A stretch of 64,000 nt of DNA, from the NCBI GenBank assembly GCA_035459025.1, contig DATHYT010000085.1, positions 64,133 through 128,132 of the forward strand, given 5' to 3'. Positions 53,898 through 64,000 of the stretch are shown here, piece by piece. Origin of the DNA: Burkholderiales bacterium (GTDB lineage: Bacteria; Pseudomonadota; Gammaproteobacteria; Burkholderiales; SG8-39). Each line of letters starts with the position of its first letter. Position 1 is the first letter of the stretch. A program made the position numbers and the translations under genes. A model generated the notes under the pieces. It saw only the letters and a list, made by a program, of their open reading frames with translations. It did no database searches and was not told where the DNA came from.

Positions 53898-55301
53898 TTG
53901 GCAGATACTTCCTTCGACCAGCTCGGACTTCTTGCGCCCCTCCTGCAAGCGGTGCGCGATCAGGGTTACGAGCATCCCACGCCGGTGCAAGAGCAGGCGA
54001 TCCCGCTGGTGCTCGCGGGCCGGGACCTGATGGCAGGCGCGCAGACCGGCACCGGCAAGACCGCGGCGTTCGCGCTGCCGATCCTGCAGCGGCTCGCCCC
54101 GCTCGCGAGTTCGAGCGCCTCGCCCGCGCGGCACCCGGTGCGCGCGCTGGTGCTCACGCCGACGCGCGAACTTGCGATCCAGGTCGAGCAGAGCTTCCGC
54201 GACTATGGCAAGCACCTGCCGCTGAGGAGCACCGTCGTCTACGGCGGCGCCGACATGGACGCGCAGATCCGCGAGCTGCGCCGCGGGGTCGAAGTGCTGG
54301 TGGCCACCCCCGGACGGCTGCTCGACCACGTGCAGAGCAAGACCGTGATGCTGAACCAGGTCGGCATCCTCACCCTGGACGAGGCCGACCGCATGCTGGA
54401 CATGGGGTTCCTGCCCGACATCCGCCGCATCATCGCGCTGCTGCCGGCGGTACGGCAGAACCTGCTGTTTTCCGCGACCTTCCCCGACGAAATCCGCGGC
54501 CTGGTGAAGTCGCTGCTGAAGAATCCCGCCGAGGTGCAGGTGGCGGCGAGGAACGCGGTGGCCGAGCTGGTGACGCACGTGGTGCACCCGGTGGCGCGCG
54601 AAAAGAAGCGCGAGCTGCTTTCCTACCTGATCCAGACGCGCAACCTGCAGCAGGTGCTGGTCTTCTGCGGCACGCGCATCGGCGCCAACCGCCTCGCGCA
54701 CCAGCTCCGCAAGGACCGCATCCACGCCGACGCCATCCACGGCGACAAGTCGCAGGCCGAGCGCCTGGTGGCGCTGGAGAACTTCAAGGCCGGCAAGACC
54801 GCGGTGCTGGTGGCCACCGACGTCGCCTCGCGCGGCCTGGACATCGAGGGCCTGCCGCAGGTGATCAATTTCGACATCCCGCACTCGCCCGAGGACTACG
54901 TGCACCGCATCGGCCGCACCGGCCGCGCCGGCAGCGCGGGCGAGGCGATCTCGCTGGTGGCGCCGCAGGACTTCGACGCCTTGGCGGCGATCGAGCGGCT
55001 GATCAAGAGGAAGCTCGAACGCACGCTGGTTCCCGGCTTCCAGCCCGACGGCGGCACGGTGGCCACGCTGGTGAGCCGCAACGGCAGCCGCGAAGGGCGC
55101 CGCGGCCCGCGTCGCGAGGAAGGGTCCCGGACCGCCGTGCGCGAGCCGAAGGCGCCGCGGCCGATCGGCGACCCGATCTTCACCAAGCCATACGAGCCCG
55201 CGCCGCGCGCGGAAGATTCAGCGCCACGGGCCGAAGAGCCGCAGCGCGCCAAGCGCCGCCAGCCGCAGGTCGCCGCCCTCCTGGGCGGGATGAAGCGCTA
55301 G
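53898..55301 (+). CDS. rhlE: DEAD-box ATP-dependent RNA helicase (RhlE-like)
   Basis: Q-motif region, Walker A AQTGTGKT, a DEAD-box variant LDEADRML, and an Arg-rich C-terminal tail. TTG start. Confidence 0.92.
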   Translation: MADTSFDQLGLLAPLLQAVRDQGYEHPTPVQEQAIPLVLAGRDLMAGAQTGTGKTAAFALPILQRLAPLASSSASPARHPVRALVLTPTRELAIQVEQSFRDYGKHLPLRSTVVYGGADMDAQIRELRRGVEVLVATPGRLLDHVQSKTVMLNQVGILTLDEADRMLDMGFLPDIRRIIALLPAVRQNLLFSATFPDEIRGLVKSLLKNPAEVQVAARNAVAELVTHVVHPVAREKKRELLSYLIQTRNLQQVLVFCGTRIGANRLAHQLRKDRIHADAIHGDKSQAERLVALENFKAGKTAVLVATDVASRGLDIEGLPQVINFDIPHSPEDYVHRIGRTGRAGSAGEAISLVAPQDFDALAAIERLIKRKLERTLVPGFQPDGGTVATLVSRNGSREGRRGPRREEGSRTAVREPKAPRPIGDPIFTKPYEPAPRAEDSAPRAEEPQRAKRRQPQVAALLGGMKR

Positions 55302-56044
55302 ACGCAGCGCGCCCCGTCCACCTCGATACAGCTGCCCGAGATCATCGACGCCTCGTCCGAGGCGAGATACAGGCACGCGTTCGCGACGTCGAGCGGGGTG
55401 GAGAAGCGCCCCAGCGGGATCGTGGCGAGGAACGCCTTCTTCGCCTCTTCGGTGACCGCGCCGCCGGCGAACTCCGCGGACAGCGCGGTCTCGGGGCTGA
55501 ACACGGGGTTGACGCAATTCACGCGCACCTTGTCGGGGCCGAACTCGGCGGCCATCGACTTGGACATCAGGATCACGGCGCCCTTGGAGCTGTTGTACAC
55601 GGTGAGCCCCGGGCGCGGGCGCAGGCCCGCCGTCGAGGCGATGTTGACGAAGCAGCCGCCACCCTGCTTCTTCATCACCGGCAGCGCGTGCAGCGCCGAG
55701 AGGTAGATGCTCTTCACGTTGATGGCGTAGACCCTGTCGAATTCGGCCTCGGTGACCTCGAGGTAGGGCTTGCGCCGGTGGGTCCAGCCGGCGTTGTTGA
55801 CCACGATGTCCAGCCGGCCGAACTTGGCGGCGGCGGCCTGCACCAGCTTCGCCCAGTCCGCGCCCTTCGCCACGTCGGCCTGGACGAACTCGCCGCCGAC
55901 CTTCTTCGCGACGCGCGCGCCGCCCTCGGCGTTGATGTCGTTGACCAGCACCTTCGCGCCTTCCTGGGCGAAGCGCTCGGCGATGCCGGCGCCGAACCCC
56001 GACCCGCCACCGGTGACGATGGCAACCTTGTCCTTCAGTCTCAT
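55298..56044 (-). CDS. SDR-family oxidoreductase
   Basis: ATG at 56044 with SD AGGAGG. Cofactor motif TGGGSGFG and active-site motif YNSSK. 248 aa. Confidence 0.9.
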   Translation of the reverse strand: MRLKDKVAIVTGGGSGFGAGIAERFAQEGAKVLVNDINAEGGARVAKKVGGEFVQADVAKGADWAKLVQAAAAKFGRLDIVVNNAGWTHRRKPYLEVTEAEFDRVYAINVKSIYLSALHALPVMKKQGGGCFVNIASTAGLRPRPGLTVYNSSKGAVILMSKSMAAEFGPDKVRVNCVNPVFSPETALSAEFAGGAVTEEAKKAFLATIPLGRFSTPLDVANACLYLASDEASMISGSCIEVDGARCV

Positions 56045-56064
56045 GGCTCCTCCTTTGCCGGGAA

Positions 56065-57186
56065 TCATACTTTGAAGGGCGTGTGCTCGTTCAACTCGTT
56101 CACGTAGCGCGCGATGCCGCGCGCCTCGCGCTCGAGGTAGTCCTCGACGGCGCGCGCGAAGCGCCGGTGCGCCAGCCAGTGCGCCGAGAGCGACTCCGCG
56201 GGCAGCAGCCCCCGGAACAGCTTGTGCTCGCCCTGGGCGCCGCCTTCGAAGCGCGCCAGGCCGTGCGCGATGGCGTACTCGATCGCCTGGTAGTAGCAGG
56301 CCTCGAAGTGCAGCAGCGGCACGTGTTCCACCGCGCCCCAGTAGCGGCCGTAGATCGTGTCGCCCGCCACCACGTCGAGCGCCGCGGCGATCGGCGCGCC
56401 GCGCCGCTCGGCGAGCACGAGGAGGAAGTTCTCCGGCATGGCCGCCGCCACGCGCAGGAAGAACTCCAGGTTGAGGTACGGCGGCATGCCGTGCAGCGCG
56501 TAGGTCCTGACGTAGCAGCGGTGGAAGAACGCCCACTCGCGCTCGCCGATCTCGGTGCCGCGCAGCCAGCGCAGCCGCACGCCCGCCTCGTGCACGCGGC
56601 GCCGTTCCTGGCGGATGGTCTTGCGCCGCCGGTGCGACAGCCGCGCGAGGAACGCCTCGAAGTCGGCGTAGCCGGCATTGGCCCAGTGGAACTGCACCGT
56701 GCGCCGGAGCATCATCCCCGCCGCCTGCAGCGCGTGCGCCTCGGCATCCGGCGCGAACAGCACGTGCAGCGACGAGAAGTCGCGCGCCGCGGCGAGCGCG
56801 GCGGCGGCGAGCGCGTCGCGCGCCGCCACGTCGGCCGCGAGCAGGCGCGGCCCGCGCACCGGCGTGAACGGCACCGCGCACACGAGCTTCGGGTAGTACT
56901 CGAGCCCGTGCTGCGCATAGGCGTCGGCCCAGGCCCAGTCGAACACGTACTCGCCGCGCGAATGCGACTTCACGTACAGGGGCAGGGCGCCGGCGAGCAC
57001 GCCCGCGCGCTCGAGCAGCAGAAACTGCGGCTGCCAGCCGGTGCGCGCGCTCGCGCAGCCGCTGTCGGTCAGCGCGGCGAGGAACTCGTGGCGCAGGAAC
57101 GGATTCGACCCGGCGAGGGCGTTCCATTGCGCCGCGGGGATTGCGGCGAGCGAGTCGGCGACGCGCAGCGATTCGTTCGTCGCCAT
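56065..57186 (-). CDS. FemAB-like/DUF482 (GNAT-fold) family protein
   Basis: 373 aa with NPFLRHEFLAALTDSGC..., YYPKLVCAVPFTPVRGPRLL and GAQGEHKLFRG, typical of the PF04339-type family. Confidence 0.85.
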   Translation of the reverse strand: MATNESLRVADSLAAIPAAQWNALAGSNPFLRHEFLAALTDSGCASARTGWQPQFLLLERAGVLAGALPLYVKSHSRGEYVFDWAWADAYAQHGLEYYPKLVCAVPFTPVRGPRLLAADVAARDALAAAALAAARDFSSLHVLFAPDAEAHALQAAGMMLRRTVQFHWANAGYADFEAFLARLSHRRRKTIRQERRRVHEAGVRLRWLRGTEIGEREWAFFHRCYVRTYALHGMPPYLNLEFFLRVAAAMPENFLLVLAERRGAPIAAALDVVAGDTIYGRYWGAVEHVPLLHFEACYYQAIEYAIAHGLARFEGGAQGEHKLFRGLLPAESLSAHWLAHRRFARAVEDYLEREARGIARYVNELNEHTPFKV

Positions 57187-57192
57187 GGCCGC

Positions 57193-59742
<2,550 letters not shown>

Positions 59743-59750
59743 CGCCGGCC

Positions 59751-60755
<1,005 letters not shown>

Positions 60756-60782
60756 CTACCATATCCCGACGGACCCTGGCCC

Positions 60783-61451
60783 ATGGCGCCCCCGATCTCA
60801 CCGGCCGTGCTGCACACGGTGCCGCTCTTTGCGAGCGTGCCGGAGGAGCAGCTGCGCGCGCTTGCCACCATGCTCACGCGCCGCAGTACGACGCGCGGCT
60901 CGATCATCATGGCCGCGGGCGACCCCACCGACTCGCTCTACATCATCCTTTCGGGCCGACTGAAGGTGATGATGAGCGATGCCGACGGCAAGGAAGTCAT
61001 CCTCAGCATCCTCGGGCCGGGCGAATTCTTCGGCGAGATGGGCCTGATCGACGACAACCCGCGCTCGGCGAGCGTGGTGGCGATCGAGCCCTGCGAGCTG
61101 CTGTCGATCACGCGGCGCGACTTCAGGAAGTGCATGGCCGACAACGCCGAGATCGCGATGGCAGTGATGCGCGGGCTGGTGCGGCGCCTGCGCGAGGCCG
61201 ACCGCAAGATCGGCAGCCTGGCGCTGCTCGACGTGTACGGGCGCGTCGCGCGGCTGCTGCTCGACATGTCCGAGACGGTCGACGGGCAGAAGATGGTCAC
61301 CAAGCGCCTGCCCAAGCAGGACATCGCCAAGATGATCGGCGCCTCGCGCGAGATGGTGAGCCGCGTGATGAAGGACCTGCAGACCGGCGGCTTCATCGAG
61401 ATGCGCGGCTCGACCATCCTGCTGCGCGACAACATCGTCCTGCCGGAGTGA
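60783..61451 (+). CDS. Crp/Fnr-family transcriptional regulator (cNMP-binding + HTH)
   Basis: The cNMP-like domain contains [19 protein letters not shown] and the HTH contains [19 protein letters not shown]. Start is the ATG at 60783, with an alternative TTG at 60753. Confidence 0.85.
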   Translation: MAPPISPAVLHTVPLFASVPEEQLRALATMLTRRSTTRGSIIMAAGDPTDSLYIILSGRLKVMMSDADGKEVILSILGPGEFFGEMGLIDDNPRSASVVAIEPCELLSITRRDFRKCMADNAEIAMAVMRGLVRRLREADRKIGSLALLDVYGRVARLLLDMSETVDGQKMVTKRLPKQDIAKMIGASREMVSRVMKDLQTGGFIEMRGSTILLRDNIVLPE

Positions 61452-61468
61452 CGGTCACGCCCCTGCGG

Positions 61469-61474
61469 TAGAAT
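61469..61474 (+). promoter_or_regulatory. TAGAAT box 23 nt upstream of ftsK
   Basis: Sequence cggTAGAATcggcggacccctacgggtgcgcgATG, located in the 46-nt gap after the crp-family gene. Confidence 0.3.
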
Positions 61475-61497
61475 CGGCGGACCCCTACGGGTGCGCG

Positions 61498-63777
61498 ATG
61501 GCAGCAGCACAGAAAACCACAGCAGCGCCCCTTCCCGCGAAGCTCGGCAACCTGTTGCGCGAGGCCCGGTGGCTGGTGCTGGCGGCCGTTGCGGGCTACC
61601 TGCTGCTCATCTTCCTCACCTTCGACCGCGGCGACCCGGGCTGGTCGCACAGCGCCGGCGGCGCGGCGGCGACGCATAACGCCGGCGGCCGCGCCGGCGC
61701 CTGGCTGGCCGACCTGCTGCTGTATCTCTTCGGCGTGTCCGCGTACTGGTGGGTGGCGTTGTGCCTGGTGGGCGTCGCCTGGGGCTACCGCGCGCTCGAG
61801 CGCTCGGCGCTCGTCGACCGGCGGCCGCTCGCCATCGCGCTCGGTGGCTTCGCGCTGCTGCTGCTCGCGAGCGCGTCGCTGGAAGCCCTGCGCCTGCATT
61901 CCATCGCCGCAGAGTTGCCGCTCGCGCCGGGGGGGCTGCTCGGCGAGGCCATCGGCGGCGCCGCCGCGGGCGTGCTCGGCTTCACCGGCGCCACGCTGCT
62001 GCTGCTTACCCTCGTCGCCGTGGGCTTCAGCCTGTTTACCGGCGTGTCGTGGCTGGCGGTGGCCGAGCTCACCGGCGCGCTGCTCGAGCGTGCCGCGGAG
62101 CTGGCGCGCCATGCCTGGGAGAGCCGCACCGACCGGAGAATCGGCAGCCTGGCGCGCGAGGAACGCGATTTGCAGGTCGAGGCCGAAAGGAAGCGCGAGG
62201 AGGAGCATCCGCCGCTGGTCATCGCGCCGCCGCCGCCGGAGATCCGCAAGTCCGAGCGCGTGCACAAGGAGAAGCAGGCGCCGCTGTTCGAGTCGCTGCC
62301 CGACACGCCGCTGCCGCCGGTGAAGCTGCTCGACGAGGGCGGCCACGACGGCGAGACGCTCAGCATCGAGTCGCTGGAGTACACCTCGCGGCTGATCGAG
62401 AAGAAGCTTTCCGACTTCGGCGTCTCGGCGAAGGTGCTGGCCGCCTATCCCGGCCCCGTGATCACGCGCTACGAGGTCGAGCCCGCTGTCGGCGTGAAGG
62501 GCAGCCAGATCGTCAACCTGGTGAAGGACCTGGCGCGGGCCCTCTCGGTGGTGTCGATCCGCGTGGTCGAGACCATCCCCGGCAAGTCGTGCATGGGCCT
62601 CGAGATCCCGAACCCGCACCGCCAGACCGTGCGCCTGTCGGAGATCCTCGGCTCCGAGGTGTACGCCGACATGCACTCGCCGCTCGCGCTCGCGCTCGGC
62701 AAGGACATCGCCGGCAACCCCGTGGTGACCGACCTGCAGCGGATGCCGCACCTGCTGGTGGCCGGCACCACCGGCTCGGGCAAGTCGGTGGCGCTGAACG
62801 CGATGATCCTGTCGCTGCTGTACAAGGCCGAGCCCAAACAGGTGCGCCTGATCCTGGTCGACCCGAAGATGCTCGAGCTCTCGGTGTACCAGGACATCCC
62901 GCACCTGCTCGCGCCGGTGGTCACCGACATGAAGCAGGCGGCCAACGCGCTCATGTGGTGCGTCGCGGAGATGGAGCGGCGCTACAAGCTGATGAGCTGG
63001 GTGGGCGTGCGCAATCTGTCGGGCTACAACCACAAGGTGGCCGACGCGGAGAAGACCGGCAAGCCGCTGGAAGACCCGGCCACGCTCGACTCGGGCGCGC
63101 CGCAGCCGCTCGCGCAGCTGCCCTACATCGTCGTGGTCATCGACGAGCTTGCCGACCTGATGATGGTGGTGGGCAAGAAGGTGGAGGAACTGGTGGCGCG
63201 CCTCGCGCAGAAGGCGCGCGCCTCGGGCATCCACCTCATCGTCGCCACGCAGCGGCCCTCGGTGGACGTGATCACCGGGCTCATCAAGGCCAACATCCCG
63301 ACGCGCATCGCCTTCCAGGTGGCCAGCCGCGTCGACTCGCGCACCATCCTGGATCAGCAGGGCGCGGAGGCGCTGCTCGGCGCCGGCGACATGCTGTACC
63401 TCCCCGCGGGCACCGGCCTCGCGCAGCGCGTGCACGGCGCGTTCGTCGGCGATCACGAGGTGCACAAGGTGGTGGATCACCTGAAGTCGCTGGCCTCGCC
63501 CGAGTACATCGAAGACGTGCTCGATCCGGGTGCGGGCGATGGCGGCGGCTACGAGGGCGCGAACGGCGAAGGCGGGGAGAAGGACGCGCTCTACGACCAG
63601 GCGGTGGAGATCGTGCTGCGCACGCGTCGGCCGTCGATCTCGCTCGTGCAGCGCCACCTGCGCATCGGCTACAACCGCGCGGCGCGCCTGATCGAGGACA
63701 TGGAGCGTGCGGGCCTCGTGTCGGCAATGCAGTCCAACGGCAACCGCGAGGTGCTGGTGCCGGCGAAGGCGGAGTAG
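61498..63777 (+). CDS. ftsK: DNA translocase FtsK
   Basis: 4 TM helices at the N-terminus, a linker, a motor domain (Walker A GTTGSGKS) and a gamma domain ([23 protein letters not shown]). Confidence 0.95.
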   Translation: MAAAQKTTAAPLPAKLGNLLREARWLVLAAVAGYLLLIFLTFDRGDPGWSHSAGGAAATHNAGGRAGAWLADLLLYLFGVSAYWWVALCLVGVAWGYRALERSALVDRRPLAIALGGFALLLLASASLEALRLHSIAAELPLAPGGLLGEAIGGAAAGVLGFTGATLLLLTLVAVGFSLFTGVSWLAVAELTGALLERAAELARHAWESRTDRRIGSLAREERDLQVEAERKREEEHPPLVIAPPPPEIRKSERVHKEKQAPLFESLPDTPLPPVKLLDEGGHDGETLSIESLEYTSRLIEKKLSDFGVSAKVLAAYPGPVITRYEVEPAVGVKGSQIVNLVKDLARALSVVSIRVVETIPGKSCMGLEIPNPHRQTVRLSEILGSEVYADMHSPLALALGKDIAGNPVVTDLQRMPHLLVAGTTGSGKSVALNAMILSLLYKAEPKQVRLILVDPKMLELSVYQDIPHLLAPVVTDMKQAANALMWCVAEMERRYKLMSWVGVRNLSGYNHKVADAEKTGKPLEDPATLDSGAPQPLAQLPYIVVVIDELADLMMVVGKKVEELVARLAQKARASGIHLIVATQRPSVDVITGLIKANIPTRIAFQVASRVDSRTILDQQGAEALLGAGDMLYLPAGTGLAQRVHGAFVGDHEVHKVVDHLKSLASPEYIEDVLDPGAGDGGGYEGANGEGGEKDALYDQAVEIVLRTRRPSISLVQRHLRIGYNRAARLIEDMERAGLVSAMQSNGNREVLVPAKAE

Positions 63778-64000
63778 GTGCGCGGCCTGCTGCTGGCGCT
63801 GGCGCTGGCACCCGCGGTGGCGCTTGCCTCGGGCACCGAGCGCTTCCGCGCGTTCCTGAGCGGAACCGAGAGCGCGCGCGCGGCGTTCGAGCAGAAGGTG
63901 TACGACCGCGAGCGGCGCCTGGTGCAGGAATCCAAGGGCACGTTCTCGTTCCAGCGCCCCGGGCGCTTCCGCTGGGCGACGACGCAGCCCTACGAGCAGC
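63778..64000 (+). CDS. lolA: Outer-membrane lipoprotein carrier protein LolA (N-terminal part; continues past window end)
   Basis: The GTG lies immediately after the ftsK TAG. It has a signal peptide, then FSFQRPGRFRW, typical of LolA. ftsK-lolA synteny supports the call. Confidence 0.85.
   Translation, partial: MRGLLLALALAPAVALASGTERFRAFLSGTESARAAFEQKVYDRERRLVQESKGTFSFQRPGRFRWATTQPYEQ

Overview
This is a high-GC (roughly 70%) proteobacterial chromosomal core region. Gene content and synteny fit a Betaproteobacterium, which is an inference: cspD-like/clpS-clpA, rsmI | yraN-SIS-BON, nadE-glnB, and smr-trxB ... ftsK-lolA. I call 64 protein-coding genes, two of them truncated by the window edges. 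One is a 55-aa ORF below the track cutoff. I also call one ncRNA (RNase P RNA, which the ORF track cannot show), one GNAT pseudogene remnant, three hairpin terminators and a set of promoter-like -10 boxes. I found no tRNA, rRNA, CRISPR array, IS/transposase, integrase, prophage or recognisable defence genes. Most of the very long track ORFs are antisense or 5'-extended shadow ORFs, as expected in GC-rich DNA. The window is dominated by a 31.5-kb co-directional block (12997-44481) interrupted by a single opposite-strand gene. The main items for follow-up are listed here. (1) A tightly coupled 13-gene unit at 29147-39642: a gamma-glutamyl hydrolase-like protein, a KTN-less Kef/CPA2 protein and a YbdK ligase, followed by an atypical 10-gene Mrp/Mbh-like membrane module with three antiporter-like subunits and no canonical MrpA. 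(2) A recurrent architecture of isolated TAGAAT/TATAAT boxes 6-10 nt from start codons with no Shine-Dalgarno sequence, which predicts leaderless mRNAs. It includes four ultra-short (21-26 bp) divergent intergenic regions with overlapping back-to-back -10 boxes. (3) A membrane/TPR-like gene embedded antisense inside glcDEF. (4) A junction where the hldC and GNAT-remnant ORFs read through each other. (5) A HupE-like protein with a perfect EF-hand loop. All functional names come from my own reading of the translated sequences. No database search was run.
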